The notes beneath the pieces were generated by a model. That model did no database searches. It saw only the letters and a list, made by a program, of their open reading frames with translations, and was not told where the DNA came from. The translations under genes and the position numbers were made by a program. A stretch of 64,000 nt of DNA from an uncultured Verrucomicrobiae bacterium (lineage in GTDB: Bacteria; Verrucomicrobiota; Verrucomicrobiia; Chthoniobacterales; UBA10450). The stretch spans positions 352,001-416,000 of the forward strand of contig CAVTMK010000002.1 in the NCBI GenBank assembly GCA_963735805.1, read 5' to 3'. Position 1 is the first letter of the stretch. Every line of letters begins with the position of its first letter. Positions 17,707 to 30,070 of this stretch are shown here, one piece after another.

Positions 17707-20700
17707 ATGAAAAAGAAATCCAATTCGGTCTTCGCATTCTTTGGCCTGCGCGCGCTACTGGGGTTTAGTCTCTGCTTCCTTGCTGTAGCACTCGCGATTT
17801 TTGCGCTCAGCCCGGGTGCTGGACCCAGTGAGCGGCTTGAAACGCCTCGTTACATCCCTGTGCCGACTGACAATTCGCAGGAGGAAAGCGCCGCGCTATC
17901 GCGCCTGGAACAATACTGGTTCGATCGTCTGACGTTTCCTACCGGACGCTTTAATCCGGCATGGGTTCGCGCGGCCGCCGCGCAACACGACCGGATGCAA
18001 AGTGGTATTCCCTTTGGCCAACATGTCAGGCTCAACCTCGCTAACCCGAATGCACTTAGCACGACCAGTTTTACTCCGCTCGGTCCGCAACCGGAACGTA
18101 TGACCGGATGCTCGGGTTGCTTTAACTACACAACTACTCAGGGTCGCGTAAACACGATTGCCGTCGATCCAACTACAACCACCAATGGCAGCATCGTAGC
18201 CTACCTGGGGGCGGTCGGCGGCGGTGTATGGAAAACGACCAATTGCTGCGACAGCTCCACCACGTGGAGCGTGACGACTGACGACCCGGTAATCGGCACC
18301 ACAGCGATCGACACCATTACCATCGATCCCAACGATCATAACACTGTCTATGCCGGCACTGGTGACCTCAATTACGGTTCCTTCTCCATGGGTAGCCAGG
18401 GAATTCTCAAATCAACCGACGCCGGCGCAACCTGGACGGTGCTAGGCGCCGACATCTTTGGCCCGTCGTATGATGAACCGCCGGGGCAATTCCCCCAATA
18501 CAACGCCGTGGGCAAAGTCCGCGTCGATCCCAATAACAGGAACAACGTGGTAGCCGGCACGAAAAAGGGGCTCTACTTCTCGTATGATGGGGGTGTTAAC
18601 TGGACCGGTCCGTGCACGACTAACAACTTCAGTACGCAGCGCCAGGACATAACAGGCTTGGAGTTAACCAGCCTCGGCGGCACGACACGAATCATTGCGG
18701 CGGTTGGCGTTCGCGGGTTCGCTACAACCGTGCAGTATGATCTCGGCCAGCAGGGCGCAAACGGTATCTACAGAGGAATGATGCCAATGAGCGGTTGCCC
18801 AAACGACTTTGCGCTTATCAGCCGCAACGATAACGGCTTTGTATTTGGCACCCAGGTGAGCGGCAGCCCATACACGACAGGCGCGCCCATGAACGCCGGG
18901 AGCGGCGATCCGTGGGTCAACGTAACCACCGGCAACCAGCTCAGTCGCATCGATATTGGCATCGCGCCGAGCAATCCGAATTACATTTATGCCCAGGCAG
19001 GCTCCATTACCCCTAACAACAACAACGGCTGCGGCAACACCAATGGCTGTCAGATCGGCGTCTGGGCCAGCACTGATGGCGGCGACAGCTGGGCCTTTAT
19101 GGCCGGTTCTGCCGGCGGTTCTCTCAGGAATTGTACAAATGGCCAGGGAGACTATCCACAAAACTGGTACGACCAGGCAGTGGCGGTTGATCCAAACGAT
19201 CCCGAGCGCGTGTTCATCAGCACCTTTGATGTCTGGTTTGCGACGCGCACCGGAACCGCCTTTAACGATACCACCTGCGGCTATTCTTACAGCGGCAGTG
19301 CCGGTCCTGTGCACGTGGATCAACACGCTCTCGCCTTCCTCCCGGGCTCCTCGAGCATTTTGCTAATTGGGAATGACGGGGGGGCTCATGGCACCACAAA
19401 CGCAGACCTAACAACAGCCACCACCGATCCGACCTGGTTCAACATGGATACAGGTCTGAACACGATCGAGTTTTACTCAGGGGACATCAGCGGGAACTTC
19501 GCGAACTCTCCGTCCCCGATGGCTGTTGGGGGCGCCCAGGACAACGGACCCAGTTCGGTCACATTTACCGGCAGTCCGACCGGCCCGGTCTTGTGGCAGT
19601 TGGGACTTGGCGGAGACGGGTTCTCCGGGCAAATCGACCCGATGGGTACCACCTGCACGCAAGCGCAAGGCACGATCGCTGTCTCCGGTCCCGGTGTAAT
19701 AGGACAGCAATTCCTGATCGGGACGCAGACATTTACCTGGGTGGCAACACGGGCGAATCCCGGCGAGGTCTCGATCGGTACAAGCTCGACCAGTGCAGCC
19801 ACCAATATTGTGACGGCGGTGAATGCTGATATTGCTTCCACTGCGACGGCTGTACGGTCTGGTTCCAACGTTGTCATTACTGCCGCTACCTGCGGCAGTG
19901 CTGGGAATTCGGTTCCATTTTCCAATATCAACAGCGCGAACCTGACATTTAATGGTTCCGGCACTCTCGGCGGCACCAGGTTGGGTGACGATGTCGGAAG
20001 TCTTCGTGTCTGGGAAGGCAACAATAGTGGCGGTGTTAGCCGCTGCATCTATAACTGCACGGCCCCGGGCGCCTCGTGGGCGAGCAGCAGGGGCAGTTGG
20101 ACCGGCGATACGCAGTCATTCATCCTGCCTATTAACATGTTCCATGGCGGCATTCCTGGTGGCGACGACTGCTCGCCTGCTGGTCCCGCAAGCGGCTGCG
20201 GCCATCTGATTGCTGGGACAACCAGGGTTTGGGAAACCATTCGCGGAGCGGAGGCTACCGTGCCTACATCCGCCTGGTATGTGACCAACAATCCGACAAC
20301 TCAGAACATGACTAAGCAGTCACTGGGCAACCGTTCGTTCATCAATCAACTGAAGTATTCGCCCAAATATCAAAGCGTGGCGATTGTAGGCACAAACGAT
20401 GCCAACGTCTGGATTGGGTTTAACCTTGGCACAGGCGCTGCCAGCCAGGCTAACTGGGTGGATGTTACCGGTAGCAACGTTGTGTTACCGCTTCGTCCCG
20501 TGTTAGGCGTTGCACTGGATCCGCGCGTGCCAGCCGTGGATGTGCCGGTTGGCTATGCCGCTGTCGGCGGTTTCAACGCCAATACGCCAACACAGCCGGG
20601 TCACATTTTCCAGGTGAACTGTGGTTCCAACTGTGCCTCGTTCACCTGGGCGGACAAGACCGGCAACCTGCCGGATATCCCGGTTGACTCGATCATTGTG

Positions 20701-21351
20701 AACCCCAATCAACCGCAACAGGTGTTTGCCGGCACCGACTTCGGTCTCTACTATACCGACGACGTCACTGTTGCATCTCCGGTCTGGAACCGTTTCGACA
20801 ACGGCATTCCGCACGTGATGATTTGGGATATGGCCATCGACCGCGGCGGGACGGCGCTCTCGGTCTGGACGCGTGGCCGCGGTGCCTACGTTTATCCTTT
20901 GTCCGGAGTAAGCTTTGTGATTGGCGATCTTAGCGCGGTGGCAGGGAAGCGCGTGACGTTCTGGGGAGCGCAATGGGCAAAATCCAATGCGTTGAGCGGC
21001 GGTAAGCCGCCTTCGGCCTTCAAAGGTTTTGCCGAGAACACCACTCCCGATCCGGCAAACTGCGGCGGAACATGGACGAGCGGTTCGGGCAATAGTTCTC
21101 AACCACCTGCCACTCTGCCATCGACTATCCGAGTGATCGTGGCCAGTTCCATAACGAAGTCGGGGTCGGTCATTTCAGGTAACATCCCGCAGATGGCTGT
21201 TATCGACGTTGATCCGGGCTATCAACCGGATCCGGGTCACCCTGGGACGGGAACCGTGGTGTCAGTGAGCTGTCCGGACTCCCCACAGTCCATTTCTCCT
21301 GGAGATGGGCGACTTCAGTCAGCATCGACATTTACCAGAATGCCGCGCTGA
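17707..21351 (+). CDS. Secreted VPS10/GH74-like Asp-box beta-propeller protein with an internal insert and an alternative C-terminal domain (no Pro/Arg tail)
   Basis: [57 protein letters not shown]; paralog of 55157-58228. Confidence 0.8.
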   Translation: MKKKSNSVFAFFGLRALLGFSLCFLAVALAIFALSPGAGPSERLETPRYIPVPTDNSQEESAALSRLEQYWFDRLTFPTGRFNPAWVRAAAAQHDRMQSGIPFGQHVRLNLANPNALSTTSFTPLGPQPERMTGCSGCFNYTTTQGRVNTIAVDPTTTTNGSIVAYLGAVGGGVWKTTNCCDSSTTWSVTTDDPVIGTTAIDTITIDPNDHNTVYAGTGDLNYGSFSMGSQGILKSTDAGATWTVLGADIFGPSYDEPPGQFPQYNAVGKVRVDPNNRNNVVAGTKKGLYFSYDGGVNWTGPCTTNNFSTQRQDITGLELTSLGGTTRIIAAVGVRGFATTVQYDLGQQGANGIYRGMMPMSGCPNDFALISRNDNGFVFGTQVSGSPYTTGAPMNAGSGDPWVNVTTGNQLSRIDIGIAPSNPNYIYAQAGSITPNNNNGCGNTNGCQIGVWASTDGGDSWAFMAGSAGGSLRNCTNGQGDYPQNWYDQAVAVDPNDPERVFISTFDVWFATRTGTAFNDTTCGYSYSGSAGPVHVDQHALAFLPGSSSILLIGNDGGAHGTTNADLTTATTDPTWFNMDTGLNTIEFYSGDISGNFANSPSPMAVGGAQDNGPSSVTFTGSPTGPVLWQLGLGGDGFSGQIDPMGTTCTQAQGTIAVSGPGVIGQQFLIGTQTFTWVATRANPGEVSIGTSSTSAATNIVTAVNADIASTATAVRSGSNVVITAATCGSAGNSVPFSNINSANLTFNGSGTLGGTRLGDDVGSLRVWEGNNSGGVSRCIYNCTAPGASWASSRGSWTGDTQSFILPINMFHGGIPGGDDCSPAGPASGCGHLIAGTTRVWETIRGAEATVPTSAWYVTNNPTTQNMTKQSLGNRSFINQLKYSPKYQSVAIVGTNDANVWIGFNLGTGAASQANWVDVTGSNVVLPLRPVLGVALDPRVPAVDVPVGYAAVGGFNANTPTQPGHIFQVNCGSNCASFTWADKTGNLPDIPVDSIIVNPNQPQQVFAGTDFGLYYTDDVTVASPVWNRFDNGIPHVMIWDMAIDRGGTALSVWTRGRGAYVYPLSGVSFVIGDLSAVAGKRVTFWGAQWAKSNALSGGKPPSAFKGFAENTTPDPANCGGTWTSGSGNSSQPPATLPSTIRVIVASSITKSGSVISGNIPQMAVIDVDPGYQPDPGHPGTGTVVSVSCPDSPQSISPGDGRLQSASTFTRMPR

Positions 21352-22164
21352 TCAGTGCCGCGCCAAGCGGCGGACTTGCACCGATATCACCGTTGAGAGC
21401 CAACGCCTCTTCAACGGCAAAGCGTGCGCAGACCTTTTCCAGCGACCTGACGGTGAAGTTCGCCGGCGCCGCCCAATTAGAAAGGCCGGGCAGTGCCACC
21501 TGCGGAACCCACTAAGCAACGTCCGGTGATGCCTTGTCGGCTGGGCCTGGGCGCGCGCCAGCGTCGCGAAGCGAGGGGCGGGGGAGACGTTGGACTTTCA
21601 TCGCCTTGATTCTGGGAGCTGGAGTTTCCAGGTGCAGCGTCGGTTGAAGATGAATCTTATAATGAATCCGGCGCTTCTTATTGAACCGCTGCAGATACGA
21701 CAACAAGGAAGGGTGCGAGAGTTGCATCGATCTGGGTGCTGGCCCCGGCGTTCCTCCCATGGCCGAGATCCCCTCGGATATCGGCCATGCACTCTCGCGC
21801 CTAGACCAGCACCGAAATCGACAGCAACTCTTTCTGATACCGACCCGGTTCTCTCTTATTCTTTCTCCGGAAATCGCGCCGCGAAGTTCTCAAAAAAAAT
21901 ATTTGGGGTTGAACGCCGCGGGGCAATGGGCGGCGCGCGCTGTTAAAATTCCAGCTATCGCTGGATGGAACGCGATTAGAGCAAAGGGCCTGGCAGCAAC
22001 ATGAGTAGGAAAGCTGCACGAAGAGTCGTGACACTTTCCTGGTCCCCCGCATTCTTGTCAGCGGGGGACGAAGGCAGTGGCGGTTTATATGAATCACCCG
22101 GGCTTAGGCTGATCTGCGGTCAAATTTAAGATTGTTTAGAAAAGGAATCGTTGAGAAAAAAGTC

Positions 22165-22194
22165 TTGACACGTCCGCGCGCCTTTTAATACAAA
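22165..22194 (+). promoter_or_regulatory. Putative promoter TTGACA-N18-TACAAA
   Basis: Same spacing and downstream cgc-tcca as the other copies. Confidence 0.55.
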
Positions 22195-22226
22195 CGGCGC
22201 TCCAGGTAAACCCACAATGCTCTTCT

Positions 22227-25200
22227 ATGAAAAAACAAATTAACCCAAACATTAAAGCTCATCTTATTCGAAGCTCGTTTTACGTGCTTCTGCTGCTGGC
22301 TGTTTGCGTCATCCCATTCGCGTTGGCGCAGCGAAACACAACAAGGCGAAGCGTGACCAAGCCGAACGTGACCGCAAGGCACGCAACATCTGCGCTTCGC
22401 AATGACGTCGCTGCAGCCCAGAAAAATGTCGCTGCCGCAAAAAAGGGAAAAGTTCAGGCGCCCTCGACTCACTTCACTAACGCCTTCGGACGAGTTCCGC
22501 GGTCTGCAGCTTTACACAAAGCCGCGGCGCCAGGCGGTATTTGTACATATGAATTCACCACGGGCGCCGATGCGATCGTGCCCGGTGACACCAACACAGG
22601 CAGTGCCTGTGACGACTGCGATACGCTTGTTAACCTGCCGTTTTCCTTCTCGTTGTATGATCAGACTTTCAACGCCGTGCAGGTGAGCTCCAATGGGCGC
22701 GCTGACTTCGTGACTATCAACGAGCCAGGCGGCTTTCTGTCAGAATGCTTGCCTGCGCCACCTAACGTTGGACCCTATGACTACACCATTTTCCCTGTTT
22801 GGTCGGATTATCGTACCGACATTGTGGGCGAAGGTTGTGCAAACTTCGCCACCGGCTGCGGCATTTTTACCTCCGTGTCGGGCGTCGCGCCTAACCGAAT
22901 CTTTAATATCGAATGGCGTACGGTCTATTTTGCCGATCACAATGCGACGGCGAATTTTGAACTGCGTGTGTATGAGAATGATCCCGACAAGCGCTTTGAC
23001 GTAGTCATCGGCGACGTTCAAGCGGGCAGCGACGAACTCTACGTAAGTGGCGTGCAGGGACCGTCCGGACTCTTTACTGAGGACTTCTGCGATGACCCAC
23101 CAGGGCCGCCTCCCACGAATGTCTCCCGCAGTTACACCTGCACCGGCAAGGGACCGACACCGACACCGACGCCGGCATGCACGCCGATCACGTTTGAAGG
23201 CAGCATCGACGGCAGCGATCCCACCCAGACCGACCGGATGTTCCGGGACGGTGTTCTCAGCACCTGTGACGCGCCCAAGACATGCCCCGGACCGTTTGGC
23301 GACGGACAACAGCATCATTACGATCAGTACACGGTGACCAATACCACCGGCTCGACTCAATGCGTGAGTGTGGACGCCAACACCAGTTGTGTAGGCACTA
23401 ACTACATCTTCCTGGTTGCTTACCTCGGATCGTTTGATCCCACCGACATCTGCGCTAATTACCTGGCAGACCAGGGCAGTAGCCCGGATCCTTCGGCACC
23501 GCCGGGAGCGTTCTCATTTAACCTCGATGACGGGCAGACTGCTGTTATCGTGGTAAGCGAAGTAACCGCCGATGCTGGTTGCCCAGACTATACCGTTTCG
23601 GTCAGCGGTCTGTGCAGCGGCGGCGGGCCATGCACGCTTGGGCCTTGGAATGAGGTGGCCAACTATCCGGAGACCCTCGAATCGGCGGCAATATGCACTG
23701 ATGGCACATTCGCCTACGGTGCAGGTGGCAACGCTGCAGGGTTGCCGACAGCCGGCTTCTATAAGTACGACCCGTCCGCTAACAGTTGGTCAACTTTAGC
23801 CTCAGTGCCGCAGACCCTCTACGATGCACGTTCTGTGTATGACTCCGCTAACAACAAGATCTATCTGTTCGGTGGCATCGATGGGACCACATTCGTTCCC
23901 ATTAACACCTTGTACATCTACGACGTTGCCACGGATACGTGGACTTCCGGCAACCCCATGCCCGGGAACCGCTTTTTCCCGGCCGTCGTGTACGACAGTC
24001 TTACAGATCTAATGTACATTGCCGGCGGCATCGATGAGAACTTCCTCGAAACCGACACCACCTGGATATACGATCCAAATGCCGGTACTTACGATACGTC
24101 AACGGCGCCGAATATCCCCGCAGTAATGGGTGGTAGCGCGGTTAGCCTTGTTGGCCAAACGATGTATCTGCAAGGTTCCTTTGGTAGTGGCGCCACAACG
24201 TTGAACTACGCGTACGACATCGTAGCTAACACGTGGACGCAAAAGGCCGATCTGCCTGCACCGCGTTATGAGGCTGCCGGTGGGTCTATCGGAACTAACA
24301 CCTACGTTACTGGGGGCGGCGACCCATTCAGCGCGCCTGGCAGCGTCAAGGCGAACGGGAAGGGGTCGAAGAACCGGCAGGCTTCAATGGCAAGGCCGGA
24401 CACCACCTTTAACACCACGTTTGTCTACGACACAGTGAATGATAGCTGGTCGAACGGGCCCAACACAAACGTCGGCCACTCGTTCACGGGCGGCACGGCG
24501 ATCGGCAACAAACTGCTGGTAGCTTGCGGGTTTGACGGAGTAAGCGGCGACAGCAACATCGTAGAGACATCCGACTGCGGAGGTGGCGGGCCTACGCCGA
24601 CACCGACGGTTACGCCGACACCTAGTGGGAGTTGTCCGCCGGTGATTACTGAGTCCACGAGCCAGGAGATTGTGTCCGGTAACTCAGTGGCGTGTAACAA
24701 CGGGGTTGGCACGACTGAGAACCATTATTTCCGCGCCTTTAACATGAACACGTTCACGGGCGGGGCGGAGTATGATGTCACTTCGGTTGACTTTGGCATC
24801 GAGCTGGCCCAGTCCGGCGGCGGCACTGGTCAGCCGTTGACAGTCAATCTGTATGCCAACCATGGTTCTGCGTTCCCAGGAGGCGACTGGCAGTCGAACA
24901 TGATTGCCACTTCGGGAACGGTTAATATCCCGGATCAATCGCTGACGGTCTTCAATCAGGCTATCTCGGCGACAGTTGCTGCCGGGACCCTTGAGTTGGT
25001 GATGGAAGTGGTGACACCGGATGGGACGGCTGTAGGCAACCTGTTCTTCGTCGGGTCCAATCCCGATCCTGAAACGGCGCCGAGCTACCTGGAAGCGGCG
25101 GATTGCGGTATAACCGTTCCGACAACTACCGGGGATATTGGATTCCCGGACATGCACATCGTGTTTAACGTGAATGGCAACTGCGGGGGTGGAACACCGA

Positions 25201-25409
25201 CGCCGACACCAACACCGACACCGGTGATCACACCAACACCTATAATTACGCCAACACCGACACCGGTGGTCACACCGACACCTATAATTACGCCGACACC
25301 AACACCGGTGGTGACACCAACACCCATAATCACACCGACACCGACGCCCAGGACTTCGCCGACGCCTAGGCCACGGCCGACGCCGTTCCCGCGGCCGACG
25401 CCTCCTTAA
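22227..25409 (+). CDS. Secreted mosaic protein (LPFSF/SSNG module, DPTQTDR module, Kelch propeller, TENHY module, PT linker, Pro/Arg tail)
   Basis: Leader [35 protein letters not shown]; Kelch GG...YD...W repeats; ends [19 protein letters not shown]. Confidence 0.85.
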   Translation: MKKQINPNIKAHLIRSSFYVLLLLAVCVIPFALAQRNTTRRSVTKPNVTARHATSALRNDVAAAQKNVAAAKKGKVQAPSTHFTNAFGRVPRSAALHKAAAPGGICTYEFTTGADAIVPGDTNTGSACDDCDTLVNLPFSFSLYDQTFNAVQVSSNGRADFVTINEPGGFLSECLPAPPNVGPYDYTIFPVWSDYRTDIVGEGCANFATGCGIFTSVSGVAPNRIFNIEWRTVYFADHNATANFELRVYENDPDKRFDVVIGDVQAGSDELYVSGVQGPSGLFTEDFCDDPPGPPPTNVSRSYTCTGKGPTPTPTPACTPITFEGSIDGSDPTQTDRMFRDGVLSTCDAPKTCPGPFGDGQQHHYDQYTVTNTTGSTQCVSVDANTSCVGTNYIFLVAYLGSFDPTDICANYLADQGSSPDPSAPPGAFSFNLDDGQTAVIVVSEVTADAGCPDYTVSVSGLCSGGGPCTLGPWNEVANYPETLESAAICTDGTFAYGAGGNAAGLPTAGFYKYDPSANSWSTLASVPQTLYDARSVYDSANNKIYLFGGIDGTTFVPINTLYIYDVATDTWTSGNPMPGNRFFPAVVYDSLTDLMYIAGGIDENFLETDTTWIYDPNAGTYDTSTAPNIPAVMGGSAVSLVGQTMYLQGSFGSGATTLNYAYDIVANTWTQKADLPAPRYEAAGGSIGTNTYVTGGGDPFSAPGSVKANGKGSKNRQASMARPDTTFNTTFVYDTVNDSWSNGPNTNVGHSFTGGTAIGNKLLVACGFDGVSGDSNIVETSDCGGGGPTPTPTVTPTPSGSCPPVITESTSQEIVSGNSVACNNGVGTTENHYFRAFNMNTFTGGAEYDVTSVDFGIELAQSGGGTGQPLTVNLYANHGSAFPGGDWQSNMIATSGTVNIPDQSLTVFNQAISATVAAGTLELVMEVVTPDGTAVGNLFFVGSNPDPETAPSYLEAADCGITVPTTTGDIGFPDMHIVFNVNGNCGGGTPTPTPTPTPVITPTPIITPTPTPVVTPTPIITPTPTPVVTPTPIITPTPTPRTSPTPRPRPTPFPRPTPP

Positions 25410-25511
25410 GGGATAGGTGAAAGAGTAGAAGCGTTAAAAGTTAAAACGAAGTAAAACGGGAACTCGCGAGGCAACTCGCGAGTTCCTTGCTTTTGGTGGA
25501 TCGGCTTCTCC
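24612..25511 (+). repeat. Near-identical direct repeat of 29169-30087 (last module, tail and terminator)
   Basis: 24612-25200 matches 29169-29757 (offset 4557); the antisense 157-aa ORFs in both are identical. Confidence 0.9.
25459..25494 (+). terminator. Conserved terminator-like hairpin, copy 1
   Basis: GGAACTCGCGAG-GCAA-CTCGCGAGTTCC-TTGCTTTT. Confidence 0.8.
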
Positions 25512-25534
25512 GAAGACGATGGCAGATGGCTATA

Positions 25535-25691
25535 GATGGATCGGTTTGTTCTCAAAATGCCAGTCCGGTCGAAGACTCGCCGTGGAGAGCTCGGAACCGA
25601 TGGGAGCAGATTGCCGAAGGCGAATAATTAGGCGGCATAGCCGCGCCGCGTTGCCAACGCGTTGAGGAGTCGCCGCGGCGACCGTTCCACC
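25535..25691 (+). repeat. REPIN/MITE-like element, copy 2
   Basis: Same core gccagtccggtcgaagactcgccgtggagagctcgga..., ending ccgttccacc; an extra terminal unit follows at 25700-25737. Confidence 0.75.
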
Positions 25692-26124
25692 CAGGCAAGC
25701 CAACGCGTTGAAGAATCGCCGCGGCGACCGTTCAACCCTGGCACGGCGACACCCGCCACAGCGGGCAAGCTGTGCTGTCGCTACAAAATTCGCACGGGCC
25801 ATTAATCTCGCCGATCGGTTGTTGCCGCTTCGCTGTGTCGAGGCGCTTCTTAAAAGTGCGAACGATGCGATTTGTGGCTCGCCGTGGCGACCGTTCCACC
25901 GTGTGCGTTGATCACGTTTCGTGCTGCCCGCTAACCGCGCATCCAGAGCGCCCCCGCGATCGCGAAGCCTTTCAGAGCTGGATTGCGCGCCGTTTCAATC
26001 CTCGTCTGGTGCCATTACACGCATGCGTTTTGGGAGGTGCCCAGGTTTTTCGAGAAATCTATTGGTCGACTGTCAGGCCATGTCCTACTGCCAACGAAGC
26101 AACAAAAATTTTACTAAGAATATC

Positions 26125-26154
26125 TTGACAAGTCCGCAGGTAGTTTACTAAAAA
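26125..26154 (+). promoter_or_regulatory. Putative promoter TTGACA-N18-TAAAAA
   Basis: tcTTGACAagtccgcaggtagtttacTAAAAAcgacgctcca. Confidence 0.6.
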
Positions 26155-26180
26155 CGACGCTCCACAGCAATGCTTCTCTT

Positions 26181-29100
26181 ATGAAAAAACAAATTAAACC
26201 CAACATCAAAGCTCATCTTATTCGAAGCGCGTTTTACGTGCTTCTGCTTCTCGGCGTTTGCGTGATTCCTCTCGCGCTGGCCCAGTCCCGCAGTCGCGGG
26301 ACGGACAAGCAATCCGTGAACAGTCCCAAGCTAGCCGCGAAAAATGCAAAAATCGCCGCGAGTACGAAATCCGTACCGGCCGGAGCGCGCCCACCGGGTT
26401 CCATGGTCATCAATTCGACAAATCAGCAGTCGAGGCCCGCGCCCAGGAATCGCTTTGGCAGGGCCCCAGTGTTGCCGCGGCGGCCCGTTTATACCGTGAC
26501 CGGGCCTAACGGCGTAGCGTGCGCCTACGACTTCACCGTCGGCAGCGATACGTTTGTGCCAGGCGTGGACGATACAGGTAACCACGGGGATGACGTCGAT
26601 ACCCTTATCAGTCTGCCATTCACCGTTAACCTGTACGGCAACAGCTTCACGACCGCCCTGGTGGGGTCGAACGGATACGTGAGCTTCGGCGTTGACAACC
26701 CCTCCTTCTCGATCACCTGCCCCTCGGGACAGTCCGGCACCACTTTCGTGCTGGAACCTTATTGGGGTGACCAGTGCACCGATGCATGTTTCAACACCCT
26801 TTGCACGGGCTGCGGAATTTTCACTACCACCACAGGCAGCGCGCCTAACCGCGTCTTCTACATTGAATATCGCACCAACTACTACGGCCTGAGCGGGCAG
26901 AACCAGGACCTTTTGGATTACGAGGTCGCTGTATTCGAGAATGGCACTCCCCCCTTTGAATTCATATACAGCAATATGGAAGCGGCATTCGTGGCAAACG
27001 ATAGCCAGCTGACAGTCGGGCAAAAGCAAGATGACGGCTGTCTCACTCAAGTCGGATGCGACACCACGGGTGGACAATTCCCACCGGTGAGCTCGGGTCA
27101 GGCACTGATTGCCGGGCCGGTCGGAGCAACACCGACACCAACGCCGACAGCCACCTGCCCGCCTGGAAATCCCAACGGCGGAGCTGGAGCGTGGACGGCA
27201 CAGGCATCATATCCAACAACGATTGTGCGCTATGGGTTCGTCCAGACCGCCACTGATTTCTATGTCTTCGGCGGCGTATCCGACGGTTCTGAGGTGAACA
27301 ACGTTAATCGGTACAACATCGCCTCGGGAACCTGGACACCACTCTCGCCGATGCCATTTACGAGTGAGGCGCCTACCTGCGCTCTTGACGCATCTAGCGG
27401 CATCGCATATTGCGCCCAAGGAGACACTGGCGACGGCTTCGCATCTTACAACATCGCCACCGATACCTGGACGTCACTGGCTAACACACCCAATGCAACT
27501 AACTACGGCTGTGCATCGGGTGCCTTCAATGGTAAGGTGTTTCTGGCGGGCGACCAGCCGGGAGGAACCACTGCGACGTGGGTATACGACGTAGCCACGA
27601 ATACGTGGTCTGCTGCGTCGGCATCGCCAGACAACTTCTTTCTGGCAGGATACCAACAGGTCGGCCAATTCCTCTACGTCGTTGGTGGTTTCAACACAAA
27701 TACTATACCAACTAACAACGCAACCACCTGGCGGCTGGATATGAGTTCAGCGCCTGGGACATGGGAGACAGGGCCGGCGTTCACCCAGGGCAGAGCAGAC
27801 TTCGGCCTTGCCTACGATCCAGGAACGAACAAGCTATACGCGCTGGGTGGAGACCTTCAGGGCGGCGGCTTCTTCGACTCCACCAATGAGGTGGATGAGC
27901 TTGATGTGTCAGGCTGGCCCGGTGGAACTTGGACGGCCTCACCACCTGATCTGCCACTGCCCAACCGCCAGGCTAACCAGGCCGGATTCTCTGGGGCAGG
28001 TCAAATCTGGAGCGTAGGCGGCTTGGACGGATCAACCTTCCAGTTCCTGAATGAGGTTTGGTCCCGCTCCAATGGCGGTTGCGGACCTACACCTACACCA
28101 AGCTGCTCGCCGGCACCGTGGCAGGAGGTAGCTGCCATGCCCATAGACGTGTATGGGGCGGGAGGCGCATCCGATGGCACGTTCTACTATTCTGCGGGCG
28201 GCTACTCCTTCAGCTCTGGGGGCACGCAAGCGGTCTTCAACCGGTATGATCCAGGCACTAACTCCTGGACCAGTCTGACCAACATGCTGCAATCCGCAAT
28301 CATGCCTGTCGCAGTCTATTACCCGCCGACGAACAAGATTTATGTGTTCGGTGGCGAAGATGGCGACACCGGCACGAACTACAATATCACCCAGATTTAC
28401 GATATTGCGTCCGGCACATGGACCACTGGCGCGAACATGCCGGACGTGCGTAGCTTCGCAGCTGGCGGCTACGTTCCTGCCACCGGCATGATCTATATCG
28501 TGGCCGGCTACAACACCGGAGACGTGACCAGCTCCCAAAATACCACGTACCAATACGATCCAGTAGCCGATAGCTGGACAGACCTCACGTCGACCGATCC
28601 GTACCCGCATGCCGCAGGTGGATTCGGATATGGCGTTGTCAACGACAAGCTGTACGTCGCGGGCGGTCGCGACGCTGCGCTTAACATCATAAACGACACT
28701 TACGAATTCGATCCCCAGGCTCCGGCGGGTAGTCGTTACACGCAAAAGACCGATGAACCCGGGACGTTCCAGAATAACGTTCCCGGCAGCGCTTCTGCGC
28801 AGAACTTGCTCTGGGTGTACGGCGGCGGCAATCCGTTTGTTGCCGGCGGGGCGGAGGCCAACGCAGGCATAGCTGCGCCTTCCAAGGCTCGTATCGTACA
28901 GCCAAAGAGTTCGTTCCCATTGGAGCTTGTGAGAAGGCTATTCGGCCATAAGCCCAAGGCCCCTGATACCGACAGTAGTGGAAGGTTCTATGATCCCAGC
29001 GCGGATACATGGACGGCCTCTCCCAACATGAACGAGCTGCGGTCATTCACCACCGGTGCAGCCATTGGCGACAGCTTGATTATTGCTTCCGGCGGATATA

Positions 29101-29984
29101 ACGGGGCGAGCACCGTTGCCAGCGCAGAAACAGAATCTGTGTGCACGGGCGGAGGCACGCCGACACCGACGCCGACACCTAGTGGGAGTTGTCCGCCGGT
29201 GATTACCGAGTCCACGAGCCAGGAGATTGTGTCCGGTAACTCAGTGGCGTGTAACAACGGGGTTGGCACGACTGAGAACCATTATTTCCGCGCCTTTAAC
29301 ATGAACACGTTCACGGGCGGGGCGGAGTATGATGTCACTTCGGTTGACTTTGGCATCGAGCTGGCCCAGTCCGGCGGCGGCACTGGTCAGCCGTTGACAG
29401 TCAATCTGTATGCCAACCATGGTTCTGCGTTCCCAGGAGGCGACTGGCAGTCGAACATGATTGCCACTTCGGGAACGGTTAATATCCCGGATCAATCGCT
29501 GACGGTCTTCAATCAGGCTATCTCGGCGACAGTTGCTGCCGGGACCCTTGAGTTGGTGATGGAAGTGGTGACACCGGATGGGACGGCTGTAGGCAACCTG
29601 TTCTTCGTCGGGTCCAATCCCGATCCTGAAACGGCGCCGAGCTACCTGGAAGCGGCGGATTGCGGTATAACCGTTCCGACAACTACCGGGGATATTGGAT
29701 TCCCGGACATGCACATCGTGTTTAACGTGAATGGCAACTGCGGGGGTGGAACACCGACACCGACACCGACACCTACACCGACACCGGTGATCACACCGAC
29801 ACCTATAATTACGCCGACGCCAACACCGACACCGGTGGTCACACCAACACCCATAATTACGCCAACGCCAACACCGACACCGGTGGTCACACCAACACCT
29901 ATAATTACGCCGACCCCGACGCCCAGGACTTCGCCGACGCCTAGGCCACGGCCGACGCCGTTCCCGCGGCCGACGCCTCCTTAA
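26181..29984 (+). CDS. Secreted mosaic protein (LPF/SNG module, two Kelch propellers, TENHY module, PT linker, Pro/Arg tail)
   Basis: Leader [36 protein letters not shown]-terminal module and tail identical to those of 22227-25409. Confidence 0.85.
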   Translation: MKKQIKPNIKAHLIRSAFYVLLLLGVCVIPLALAQSRSRGTDKQSVNSPKLAAKNAKIAASTKSVPAGARPPGSMVINSTNQQSRPAPRNRFGRAPVLPRRPVYTVTGPNGVACAYDFTVGSDTFVPGVDDTGNHGDDVDTLISLPFTVNLYGNSFTTALVGSNGYVSFGVDNPSFSITCPSGQSGTTFVLEPYWGDQCTDACFNTLCTGCGIFTTTTGSAPNRVFYIEYRTNYYGLSGQNQDLLDYEVAVFENGTPPFEFIYSNMEAAFVANDSQLTVGQKQDDGCLTQVGCDTTGGQFPPVSSGQALIAGPVGATPTPTPTATCPPGNPNGGAGAWTAQASYPTTIVRYGFVQTATDFYVFGGVSDGSEVNNVNRYNIASGTWTPLSPMPFTSEAPTCALDASSGIAYCAQGDTGDGFASYNIATDTWTSLANTPNATNYGCASGAFNGKVFLAGDQPGGTTATWVYDVATNTWSAASASPDNFFLAGYQQVGQFLYVVGGFNTNTIPTNNATTWRLDMSSAPGTWETGPAFTQGRADFGLAYDPGTNKLYALGGDLQGGGFFDSTNEVDELDVSGWPGGTWTASPPDLPLPNRQANQAGFSGAGQIWSVGGLDGSTFQFLNEVWSRSNGGCGPTPTPSCSPAPWQEVAAMPIDVYGAGGASDGTFYYSAGGYSFSSGGTQAVFNRYDPGTNSWTSLTNMLQSAIMPVAVYYPPTNKIYVFGGEDGDTGTNYNITQIYDIASGTWTTGANMPDVRSFAAGGYVPATGMIYIVAGYNTGDVTSSQNTTYQYDPVADSWTDLTSTDPYPHAAGGFGYGVVNDKLYVAGGRDAALNIINDTYEFDPQAPAGSRYTQKTDEPGTFQNNVPGSASAQNLLWVYGGGNPFVAGGAEANAGIAAPSKARIVQPKSSFPLELVRRLFGHKPKAPDTDSSGRFYDPSADTWTASPNMNELRSFTTGAAIGDSLIIASGGYNGASTVASAETESVCTGGGTPTPTPTPSGSCPPVITESTSQEIVSGNSVACNNGVGTTENHYFRAFNMNTFTGGAEYDVTSVDFGIELAQSGGGTGQPLTVNLYANHGSAFPGGDWQSNMIATSGTVNIPDQSLTVFNQAISATVAAGTLELVMEVVTPDGTAVGNLFFVGSNPDPETAPSYLEAADCGITVPTTTGDIGFPDMHIVFNVNGNCGGGTPTPTPTPTPTPVITPTPIITPTPTPTPVVTPTPIITPTPTPTPVVTPTPIITPTPTPRTSPTPRPRPTPFPRPTPP

Positions 29985-30033
29985 GGGATAGGTGAAAGAG
30001 TAGAAGCGTTAAAAGTTAAAAAGAAGTAAAACG

Positions 30034-30069
30034 GGAACTCGCGAGGCAACTCGCGAGTTCCTTGCTTTT
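30034..30069 (+). terminator. Conserved terminator-like hairpin, copy 2
   Basis: Identical to 25459-25494. Confidence 0.8.
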
Positions 30070-30070
30070 A

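Noticed and set aside
21352..22100. Several short overlapping ORFs in the intergenic gap
   Set aside because: No coherent frame or motif; cannot distinguish decayed gene from non-coding DNA without a search.
25650..25900. Short spaced repeats (caacgcgttga...gtcgccgcggcgaccgttccacc) resembling a CRISPR array
   Set aside because: Only 2-3 degenerate units with very short or irregular spacers, dispersed elsewhere in the window, and no cas genes. They fit REP-like elements.
24612..29757. Diversity-generating retroelement TR/VR pair
   Set aside because: Both copies are coding and near-identical with no adenine-specific mismatches; no reverse transcriptase in the window.
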